Below are positions 56,962 to 64,000 of a DNA stretch of 64,000 nt, in pieces; within the stretch, counting starts at the first letter, position 1, and each line of letters begins with the position of its first letter. The notes under the pieces are model-generated. The model did no database searches and was not told the origin of the DNA. It was given only the letters and a program-made list of their open reading frames with translations. The position numbers and the translations under genes are program-made. This DNA comes from a virus. The stretch covers positions 8,727-72,726 of IMG/VR virus record IMGVR_UViG_3300041955_001937; one strand, given 5' to 3'.

Positions 56962-57229
56962 GCGGTTGAAAATCAGCGAAGAAACCAGACGGGCTTATGC
57001 CAATCGCGACAAGAGTCTCGACAGCAAAGACCCGGACAGTCCCACGATGCCGCCCGAGTCCTGGGAGGGCGCCGCGATCGGCAAGTACTATCGCCCGGTC
57101 AAGACGCAGATCTCGTTCCGGATCGACAACGAAGTGCTGGACTGGCTGAAATCGCAGGGCGAAGGCCATCTCACCCGCATCAACGAAATTCTGCGAGAGC
57201 GGATGGCGGCCGAGCGGCAACAAAGATAA
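56927..57229 (+). CDS. brnA: BrnA-family antitoxin
   Basis: RPVKTQISFRIDNEVLDWLKSQGEGHLTRINEIL. Confidence 0.9.
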   Translation: MSAERTKTNSVRRLKISEETRRAYANRDKSLDSKDPDSPTMPPESWEGAAIGKYYRPVKTQISFRIDNEVLDWLKSQGEGHLTRINEILRERMAAERQQR

Positions 57230-57237
57230 ACCGCAGC

Positions 57238-57568
57238 TCAGTTCCAGGGGGACTTCCTCGCCTGCCTCGCGGCCGTCTTCTTCGCGGCGCCGATGATGTC
57301 GCCGTCTGTCACCGTGCTCAGATCGATCGCGATCGGAAGCGGCATGCCGGAGGGATCGGTGCCGAAGCGGAAGAACCGGGCGAGCGGATCCGGCTCATCG
57401 AGAAATTCAATCTCGATCATGTGCAGTTCGTGGACGGCCAGCGCCAGCCCGTGCTTCTCCCCCCAGCGCCGGTAGGAGTTGATCGATATCGGCCTCCTCG
57501 ACGGCAATACGTTCTTCGAATTGCCGCACGCCGCTTGCGAAGCCGCGGATCGCCACGCGGATCTTCAT
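57238..57568 (-). pseudogene. Hypothetical gene split by a frameshift at a G6 run
   Basis: MKIRVAIRG...LLPALG joins EKHGLAL...PWN if one G is removed at 57459-57464. Confidence 0.55.
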
Positions 57569-57735
57569 TTCTCCTTTTTCACCGCCTTCTTCGCTGCCTT
57601 CTTCTTTCCCCAACGAGCTTCGGCGCCGGCGCGCCCGATCGCGCGGAGCTCCTCCGAGGTGAGATTCTCGGCTCGCTTCTTTCCGCCCTTCTGTCCGAGC
57701 ACGGCCGCTGGATTCTTTTTGTCGATACGACTCAT
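57565..57735 (-). CDS. 56-aa basic KGG / histone-H1-like protein (not in ORF track)
   Basis: MSRIDKKNPAAVLGQKGGKKRAENLTSEELRAIGRAGAEARWGKKKAAKKAVKKEK. Confidence 0.75.
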   Translation of the reverse strand: MSRIDKKNPAAVLGQKGGKKRAENLTSEELRAIGRAGAEARWGKKKAAKKAVKKEK

Positions 57736-57760
57736 CAGTTCCCCATTGTCTCATTCCCGA

Positions 57761-57830
57761 TGCCTAGCGCCAGCTTCAGAATTATTACTTAGCGCAAGGC
57801 ATTGACAATTTACCTAGCGCTAGGCATAGT
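57761..57830. promoter_or_regulatory. Divergent promoter region with three operator-like sites
   Basis: TGCCTAGCGC(57761), TACTTAGCGCAAGGCA(57786), TACCTAGCGCTAGGCA(57811); TTGACA-17-CATAGT. Confidence 0.65.
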
Positions 57831-57870
57831 GGTCTTGTAATGCCGAATTATACGAAAAAGGGGGACGCTG

Positions 57871-57990
57871 ATGAGCCTTCAGGATTGGGCTATGGCGCTC
57901 GTGGGACTTGTATGCCTCTGTTTTGTCTTGCACGGCATCGTGGACGCTGTCGTGGCTGAGATCGCCGCGTGGCGGAAAGGAGGCATGTGA
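57871..57990 (+). CDS. 39-aa hydrophobic peptide
   Basis: AAGGGGGA RBS; one TM. Confidence 0.5.
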   Translation: MSLQDWAMALVGLVCLCFVLHGIVDAVVAEIAAWRKGGM

Positions 57991-58196
57991 TGGAGGGAGA
58001 CTGTTTGGGAATGCGGGACGCCCTCGCGGAAATGAAGCTGATCGTCGAAGTCGACGCGATGCTTCTCAACGAGAAACTGCGCAGGAGCGACCAGCGTGCC
58101 GCGGCGCTCGCCGGGCGGGTCGATGAGCTTGAGAGACTGATTTATGAACGGGCCGGGATCAAAACGATGACAGCGAATCGGGAGACGCCATGCTGA
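57990..58196 (+). CDS. Small coiled-coil protein
   Basis: AAGGAGG RBS. Confidence 0.6.
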   Translation: MEGDCLGMRDALAEMKLIVEVDAMLLNEKLRRSDQRAAALAGRVDELERLIYERAGIKTMTANRETPC

Positions 58197-58375
58197 TCGA
58201 ATTCGAAGACCGGACCGAAGAAACCGCCGAAGCGATGCTGGCCTACCTCGACGGGCGCGATCCTTGGGAGACGAGGCGCGGTTGGTCTGTTGTCGATTGC
58301 CTGCTGGCGATTGTTCTCTGTCTGGCTGCCGGCATCCAGCCGATCGTCACAATTCTGGCCTTTATTCGGCCCTGA
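58190..58375 (+). CDS. Small protein with C-terminal TM
   Basis: GGGAG RBS. Confidence 0.55.
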   Translation: MLIEFEDRTEETAEAMLAYLDGRDPWETRRGWSVVDCLLAIVLCLAAGIQPIVTILAFIRP

Positions 58376-58391
58376 CCTTTCCGGCTGCCGC

Positions 58392-58676
58392 TCAGCGGGC
58401 AGTCGCCGATTTGGTTTTGGCCGTGCGCGATCGCGGTGCGGTTCCAGAGCCCGCGGCGGTTCCAGAACCCGCGCCCTGGCCGTTCACCTCGGCGACGTTA
58501 CGCGAGCAATAAGCCGCGAGCGACTCCCAGAACTCAACCGCGGCGGCCTTGGTTTTGAACGACGGAATCATACTCGCAATGCTGGCGCGGGTGGCCGTGA
58601 GCGCCGTTCGGGCGGCGGGGTTTTTCGGCGTATCGCGTTTGCTGAGAGGAAGCGGAAGAGCCAGGGCGGAGGTCAT
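58392..58676 (-). CDS. Hypothetical protein
   Basis: 94-aa ORF. Confidence 0.45.
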   Translation of the reverse strand: MTSALALPLPLSKRDTPKNPAARTALTATRASIASMIPSFKTKAAAVEFWESLAAYCSRNVAEVNGQGAGSGTAAGSGTAPRSRTAKTKSATAR

Positions 58677-58727
58677 GTGTTGACTATACCCCCGTTTGCG
58701 AGGTCGTGTGGAATCGATTTCTGTTGC

Positions 58728-60494
58728 TTATTCCTCGAACAGATCGGACATCGCGCGCGGGTTCGTACCCGCCGGGGTAACCAGACCCTTGGTGCGCAGC
58801 GCTCCCAGCCGGTTGTAAAACGTGCCGTTGAGCTGATGCCCGGAGGCCTCCGCCAGCGCTTCTTTCGTCATTGCTTCGGGATAGGCGTCGAACAAATACG
58901 CGAGTAGCTTCGCCTCCGGCCGGCTTACTCTGTTGAGCCAGTACTCGCGCAGATCGCGGCCCACGGGTAAAGGATCGAAAGCCCCCAGGAACCGCAGTCC
59001 CTCTTCCGTAATGGCGATCGGATCGATACCCTTCGGCGTGATCGCTCCCATTGTTCGCAGGGCTCCGATGCGGTTATAGAAAGTGCCGTTAAGCTGGTGG
59101 CCGGTGAGAATGGCGAGCCGCTCTTTCTTAAGGCCTCGGGGATATTGGGCGAGCGCCGTCAGTATCCGCTGCTCGTGCTTCGCCAGACCATTGCCACCGG
59201 GCGCAGGTGCAATCGATCGAACCGGTGCGGGCGGAGATTCCCGGCGCACTGGCGGAGGCGCTGCAGTAGCCGTTTGTGCGTCGAACGGTATGTCAAGAAA
59301 CGGTATATCCAGAAGGGACTGCAGCCCGTCGATCGATTTGTTGATGATGCCGGCCGCTTCTACCAGCTTTAATCTCCAGCTCGATAATCCTGCCAACTCC
59401 CTCCGAACCTCCGCCCGGCCACGGTCGTATCCGCGTCGCTCGGCTTGCGCAACCACGTTCGGATCCACAACTGCGGGTTTCGCGGGTTTCTTCAGCTCCG
59501 CGATCTGGCGCCGCAATTCCACGGGATCTTCCTGGTTTTTGCGCTCGATAGTTTCTGCCATCCGGCGCTGAAGCGCGGCAAGGTCCACGTCGGCCAGATT
59601 TTTCGGTTTGATGCGCTTCTCTCCCGGCTTGGGCGTTGCGCCGCTATCGAAAGTGGTGATTGCATTGCCGTGGATCCGCTCGAATATGCCGGCCTCGGTC
59701 GGCCACCCGGGTGAGAGAATCCAGGCGTCTCCGACCGGCAACGACGGCAGCGAAGCCTTCAGTATTTTGGCCTGCTCCGGAACGCCGTGGACGTCGACCC
59801 AGCCCATGATGGCGTTCAGATCGAGTTCCGCGATGGTGCGCAGCGCGATCATGACCTGTGTTTGCGTAAGCACGTCTTTGTTGATCACCGAAGAACGCTG
59901 TGTGATCAGCATTGAGCCGATGCCGCGCTGGCCACCGCGTCTCACGATGTCCGACATGGCGCCCAGCATTCGTTCCTCGCCGGGATTCGGTTTCTGGGGC
60001 GCGATAGCGTCGGCCTCATCGACAATCAGCATCACGGGCGTGCGGAATTCCTCCCTGGCTTTAAGGCGGTAGACGATTTCGAGCAACCCATCCGCGCGTT
60101 GCCTGTCTCCCCGACTCGGAAGGCTGCCGCCGAGAAACAGGGCGATCTCGTGTTTACGGAAATCGCTCAGATCGAGCAGGACGCTTACGTGCTCTTCGAC
60201 GATCAGCCGGGCTACCGTGTCGGCGGCAGTCTTTTCGAGAGGCAGGTCCCCGTGCTCGCCTCCAAGCACCACGACGGGGAAGCCGGGCCGCTTGCCGTCG
60301 CTGGAAGAACGTATCCCCCACCAGTCGCCTTTTGGATCGATGATGACAACCTGCTGATCCGCCTCGAGGAGTTGCTCGGCGAAACTGCGGGCCAGATAAC
60401 TTTTCCCCGCGCGCTTTCGAGCCAGGATGGCAAGGCTTTGCGTGACGGTTTCGAGTGGCAGCGAAAGCTTACCGATCAGAAGTCTCTTGCTCAT
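58728..60494 (-). CDS. HerA/FtsK-like (DUF87) ATPase with two C-terminal winged-HTH repeats
   Basis: ARKRAGKSY, IDPKGDW, IVDEAD, TQRS; GHQLNGTFYNR twice. Confidence 0.85.
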   Translation of the reverse strand: MSKRLLIGKLSLPLETVTQSLAILARKRAGKSYLARSFAEQLLEADQQVVIIDPKGDWWGIRSSSDGKRPGFPVVVLGGEHGDLPLEKTAADTVARLIVEEHVSVLLDLSDFRKHEIALFLGGSLPSRGDRQRADGLLEIVYRLKAREEFRTPVMLIVDEADAIAPQKPNPGEERMLGAMSDIVRRGGQRGIGSMLITQRSSVINKDVLTQTQVMIALRTIAELDLNAIMGWVDVHGVPEQAKILKASLPSLPVGDAWILSPGWPTEAGIFERIHGNAITTFDSGATPKPGEKRIKPKNLADVDLAALQRRMAETIERKNQEDPVELRRQIAELKKPAKPAVVDPNVVAQAERRGYDRGRAEVRRELAGLSSWRLKLVEAAGIINKSIDGLQSLLDIPFLDIPFDAQTATAAPPPVRRESPPAPVRSIAPAPGGNGLAKHEQRILTALAQYPRGLKKERLAILTGHQLNGTFYNRIGALRTMGAITPKGIDPIAITEEGLRFLGAFDPLPVGRDLREYWLNRVSRPEAKLLAYLFDAYPEAMTKEALAEASGHQLNGTFYNRLGALRTKGLVTPAGTNPRAMSDLFEE

Positions 60495-60727
60495 GGTGTG
60501 GCGCCGGTGCGCTTGTCGATCACGCCTGAACCCGTCGGCGGCTCGCCTTTCGGCGCCTCGGTGAGGTCTGCGATGTATGCCCTTGCCATCGCCAGCTCCT
60601 CTTCTGTTTCGATCAGGTTGTCAAGGAGGTCCTCGGTCAGCCTCTCGATTTGCTGGGAGGTTCCGATTCGAAGGGTTTCTTCGATGTATCGCGACCGCAG
60701 GCAGCGTTCGCATTTGCATGCGTTCAT
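60491..60727 (-). CDS. Hypothetical protein
   Basis: MNACKCERC; ATGA overlaps on both sides. Confidence 0.55.
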   Translation of the reverse strand: MNACKCERCLRSRYIEETLRIGTSQQIERLTEDLLDNLIETEEELAMARAYIADLTEAPKGEPPTGSGVIDKRTGATP

Positions 60728-60987
60728 GACTTCTGTTCTTCTTCCGAGGCCTCGGCGATATCGCCGCTCGATGGTTTTGCGCCCGCACGCTCTTTCGCGT
60801 GCTTGTCGATCCACGCCTGAACCTTCGCTGCCGAGCCCCAAGCCTCGTCTGGCGCTTCGGTATCCAGGAAGACTGCGATGGAAGACAGCCCGAGTCTCGA
60901 CTCATCGCTGCGGTACAAGAACGTCTTTACCAGATCGTTTTCGAGGACAGCCCTGAGGAAGGAACCCGTCTCGATTCCGATCGTCAC
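60724..60987 (-). CDS. Conserved phage protein
   Basis: GSFLRAVLENDL...AWGS..KVQAW. Confidence 0.7.
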   Translation of the reverse strand: MTIGIETGSFLRAVLENDLVKTFLYRSDESRLGLSSIAVFLDTEAPDEAWGSAAKVQAWIDKHAKERAGAKPSSGDIAEASEEEQKS

Positions 60988-61202
60988 GCCTCGACCTCCA
61001 TCTTGCGTCCGCCCCTACGTGTCTTCGTAAGATCGGCCAGAAACGAATGCGGAGTGTATCCGGCGCCGAGTCTCTTGTTCGCATTGATCAGCAGCGCCGC
61101 GACCTGACATTCCAGCGTCGGCGTAACAATCACCCCTTCACGGGCCAGCGTGAGGACCTCGCAAGCGATGTCATTGGCCGCGATGGCTTCAGTTACTGTC
61201 AC
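60984..61202 (-). CDS. Hypothetical protein
   Basis: GTGA overlaps, GGAGG RBS. Confidence 0.55.
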   Translation of the reverse strand: MTVTEAIAANDIACEVLTLAREGVIVTPTLECQVAALLINANKRLGAGYTPHSFLADLTKTRRGGRKMEVEA

Positions 61203-61433
61203 GCCCTGGCCTCCATCACGTTGCCCTCTTCGTCATAAGCGATGGCGCGCGGGTTGTGAAGCCATGCGGCCAGATCGGTGAACCGATCGAACCGGAAAAC
61301 ATCGCGTTCGACGAGCCCGGCAAACGAAGGTCACACATCCCGATCCGTCGGATTGCAACCGGATGAACAGGCCGTCAATCCTGAGTCTCTTTTCGGCGCT
61401 CGCCAGAAGGCGAAGAAGCACTTCGACTTTCAT
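61199..61433 (-). pseudogene. Hypothetical gene with apparent frameshift near 61322
   Basis: Removing one base restores a frame ending in a GTGA overlap with the next gene. Confidence 0.45.
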
Positions 61434-61813
61434 TCGAACAGCCCTCCCTGGGCCGTTTTGAGAACCCGCAAGGGAATCATCCATGACGCGTAGGGGGCGT
61501 ATTCGATCTCGGGCAAGAGCCACATCTGGCCCACTCGTTTGGCACGCGACCGCCGCCACATGGCGAGCCGGTGCGGGGCGTCGTGGGTCGCATGGCAACT
61601 CGCGCACCAGAGACTCACCAGCGCGTTGTTACGGGGATCGTGAGTCACGTGCGCGGCTTGAATCATCGACCCGTGGATGAATCGATGGCACCGATCACAG
61701 GGTATTCCGCCGGCGTCGTTGCCCGCCGCCGCGCGCTTGATCTCGATGAGCTGCAGACGGTATTCGCGCCATGCGGGGCCGTAATACTTACGCAACTCGG
61801 GACGGATCGGCAT
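61430..61813 (-). CDS. HNH-like Zn-binding protein
   Basis: MPIRPE...CDRC...AAHVTHDPRNN...WCASCHATHD. Confidence 0.75.
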   Translation of the reverse strand: MPIRPELRKYYGPAWREYRLQLIEIKRAAAGNDAGGIPCDRCHRFIHGSMIQAAHVTHDPRNNALVSLWCASCHATHDAPHRLAMWRRSRAKRVGQMWLLPEIEYAPYASWMIPLRVLKTAQGGLFE

Positions 61814-62524
61814 TCAGCCGAAATCCTCGACTGTGCCCGGCGACTGCACCAGAACGCAGTCCCCATCGCTGCCGTCACACACGCCGGAATCGTGCGTGGT
61901 ACACCAAAACCGCGGCGACGGGGCTTGTTGTGGCACTTCCGCCCGCAGCAGTAGCCGGAACGCTTCGCGAAGGGCGACACCGGTGGGAAGATCCGCGAGC
62001 GACCCGGTCGTCCACCGGCCCTCACTTCCACGGACTTGCACGTGAATCGCGTCCGCGTGCTCCACGATATATGCGGCTCGCTCGCGTAGGGCGCCGGCGG
62101 TAATGTGTACCAGATCGAGAAGCGACGTTTTGCGCGGGGCCTCCGGCTTGCGGTACGTGATCTCGATGCGCGACTTCGGGTAAGGAAGATGATCCAGCGC
62201 GGCCTCTATCTCGGCTGCCGGTCTTTCGCTCAGTGCCTTGATTGCGTCCAAGTCGAGCCCGCATTCCGCGTCGACGAACTCGTAACCCTCCAGTCCTGCG
62301 CGGTTCGCCAGCCGCGCAACCTCCCGAAACTCGGCCGGCAAGTGAACGATCCCGCCTTGCATCTCCACGCGGTCTTTGCGAGTATGGCTCGTGCTTGGTG
62401 GCCGGTCTTGCAAGACCCAGACAAGTTTGTGGATTCGGCAGGTGTGGTCGTACGAGCACGGGTCGCCGTCCTCGCACTTGTCCATGTCGATGTCGAGCTC
62501 GTGTTCCGGCCCCTTGATCTTCAT
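61814..62524 (-). CDS. Hypothetical phage protein
   Basis: Co-oriented, abutting neighbours. Confidence 0.6.
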   Translation of the reverse strand: MKIKGPEHELDIDMDKCEDGDPCSYDHTCRIHKLVWVLQDRPPSTSHTRKDRVEMQGGIVHLPAEFREVARLANRAGLEGYEFVDAECGLDLDAIKALSERPAAEIEAALDHLPYPKSRIEITYRKPEAPRKTSLLDLVHITAGALRERAAYIVEHADAIHVQVRGSEGRWTTGSLADLPTGVALREAFRLLLRAEVPQQAPSPRFWCTTHDSGVCDGSDGDCVLVQSPGTVEDFG

Positions 62525-63084
62525 ATCGGCTTCCCTGTGCGGCGAATGCCATCGCGAGAGAGAGTGGCAATGGTGGCATTACCCGAGTCCGTTCCAGCCA
62601 TGGCGGATTCGTGAAGGATCTTAACCAGCGTCTCGCGAAGATCGTCCACCAGCGGAATCGACCGCTCCGGATTGCGAGGGCAATCTTCCCACGACGGTTC
62701 GCGGGCGGCGATCTCCATCGTGCAGGGAGCATCGTCCGATGTCATGAGGCCGCATTTGTTGTCACCGCTGTCGATGCCAATCAGCCGGGGGTGCGTCTCA
62801 CCCGCGCGGGCGAGGGTGATTCCGTAGAAGGGACAGAAATAGCGGCTCATGAGTTTTTCGGGCGCCTCCGGCGCTTTGAGGCACTCGGAACCGATTCCGG
62901 GCTCGGGACCGCGTTCCACGATTCGAACTTGTAGGGCAGTCCCGCGGCCTTGCGCTCCGCGAGTTCCTTCAGCAGCCGGCGAGACGGGCGCGGTCCACTT
63001 GTGAGGGCAATCGCGGCTTGAGGTTGCGGGATCGTAATGCGTGCTGCACGCTCCGCACTTCTGCATGGTGGAGCCCGTTTTCAT
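62521..63084 (-). CDS. Cys-rich hypothetical phage protein
   Basis: KCGAC...CPH; CPFYG...CPRNP. Confidence 0.55.
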   Translation of the reverse strand: MKTGSTMQKCGACSTHYDPATSSRDCPHKWTAPVSPAAEGTRGAQGRGTALQVRIVERGPEPGIGSECLKAPEAPEKLMSRYFCPFYGITLARAGETHPRLIGIDSGDNKCGLMTSDDAPCTMEIAAREPSWEDCPRNPERSIPLVDDLRETLVKILHESAMAGTDSGNATIATLSRDGIRRTGKPI

Positions 63085-63473
63085 TCGGGTTCTCCGGGCG
63101 GTGGTTGGGTGAGGCGGTGCACTTCCTCTTTCCAGATTTGCTTTTCCCAAGGACTGGGGAAGGCGGCGCACGCGGCATCGAGTTCGACGACGGGCCCAAG
63201 GGTCTCGGGCGCACCCACGTGTTTCGCCAGGATGCGGGCGATGAGAGCTGCCATGATCTCCCGGACTTTGGGTTCCATTTCCGATTCGGGCTGAATGGAT
63301 TGAAGTAGTTCCTCCGGCGGCGCTGTTTCGATTTCGACGGCTACTGAGTCACACCTCACGCATCTGGATTGTGCGCGCATCAGTCGGACGAACGCTTTTG
63401 CCGAGATCGGCAGCGGCGGCAACGCCAGGTCCCAGCGGTGGCCGCAGTCACCGCATGCCAGCGGCCAGTTCAT
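63081..63473 (-). CDS. Zn-ribbon hypothetical protein
   Basis: CGDCGH...CVRCDS. Confidence 0.55.
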   Translation of the reverse strand: MNWPLACGDCGHRWDLALPPLPISAKAFVRLMRAQSRCVRCDSVAVEIETAPPEELLQSIQPESEMEPKVREIMAALIARILAKHVGAPETLGPVVELDAACAAFPSPWEKQIWKEEVHRLTQPPPGEPE

Positions 63474-64000
63474 TCGCTGGCCACCTTTCGCGCGATCGCC
63501 AGCAGCTCGTCATCGATGCGGCCAGTCGCCCGCAGATAACGGGCACGGCGGAGCATCCACGGTTCGATTCTGAAGGCCTGTGCAATTTGCGAATCGCGTT
63601 TCTTTCGCTTCCGCTTGCCCCTGGGCTTCGCTGGTTCCGCGATCGCCGCCGCGGCCAGCGTCTTCCGCCTGAGATCTTCCGCTTCCTCGGCCAGACGGCG
63701 GTCAAGTTCTTCGAAGATTGGATCCCGTGAACCGGGCGCGGGAAACGGGTTCATTTCACCCTCGGTGAGTTTGACGGCCGGTCTTTTGCCTGGAGGTTCG
63801 GCGAGGTCGTGGGCCAGCCTCTCGTGGTGCTCGGGATCGGTCAGGGCGATCGCGATACGCACGAGCAGCTCCTTCGCGATGTCCAGCGGTATCTGGTCGC
63901 GCAAGAGGCCGTCGATTTCCATATCGAGCGTCATCTCGAACGGCCGGTTATTCCCGGCGAGGCTTTCGCCGCTGAAAATCAGCGTGGCTCGCGCGCTCAT
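63470..64000 (-). CDS. Hypothetical protein
   Basis: 176-aa ORF at window edge, ATGA overlap. Confidence 0.55.
   Translation of the reverse strand: MSARATLIFSGESLAGNNRPFEMTLDMEIDGLLRDQIPLDIAKELLVRIAIALTDPEHHERLAHDLAEPPGKRPAVKLTEGEMNPFPAPGSRDPIFEELDRRLAEEAEDLRRKTLAAAAIAEPAKPRGKRKRKKRDSQIAQAFRIEPWMLRRARYLRATGRIDDELLAIARKVASE

Larger units (their letters stand above)
10267..64000. mobile_element. Temperate siphovirus prophage (HK97-type head) integrated at tRNA-Arg(CCG); continues beyond the window
   Basis: Integrase next to tRNA 3' end; repressor, lysis, terminase, portal, capsid, tail and tape measure genes. Confidence 0.92.

Noticed and set aside
58438..58474. 18-bp tandem repeat GCGGTTCCAGARCCCGCG
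   Set aside because: Only two copies, in-frame low-complexity linker
10267..64000. attR duplication of the tRNA-Arg 3' end within the window
   Set aside because: No second copy noticed; phage-like genes continue to the window edge

Overview
GC-rich bacterial window. The gene families resemble those I associate with Acidobacteriota (inference, no search run). Two mobile elements sit back-to-back at a divergent tRNA pair. Left (1-10030) is the end of an integrative, probably mobilisable island at tRNA-Ser(GCT): TerY-C-like Cys-rich protein, DUF3991/Toprim protein, excisionase-like HTH, VirD4/TraG coupling protein, two paralogous membrane proteins, KAP-type P-loop NTPase and tyrosine integrase. 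Right (10267 to beyond 64000) is a large temperate siphovirus prophage at tRNA-Arg(CCG): int/xis/RHH/XRE switch, FliA-like sigma factors, NusG-family antiterminator, lysis cluster with a Tlde1/DUF2778 enzyme, ParB-N + Mom DNA-modification pair, an oppositely oriented cassette driven by repeated promoters, FimB/Xer-like recombinase, HNH/cos/terminases, HK97-type head, tail operon with two glycosyltransferases, BrnT/BrnA toxin-antitoxin pair and leftward early genes. Three top observations: (1) a 75-nt tRNA-Gly-like cloverleaf overlaps the mom stop codon; it keeps the GlyRS identity elements but has lost canonical U33, D-loop and T-loop features, so it is a candidate dedicated glycyl donor for DNA modification; (2) an unannotated 34-aa secreted CxxC peptide precedes a ~7-TM protein beside the lysis/lysogeny switch, a candidate phage peptide-signalling system; (3) four repeated promoter-operator units and five copies of a G-UUACAG-C hairpin lie in a cassette near the predicted virion genome end.
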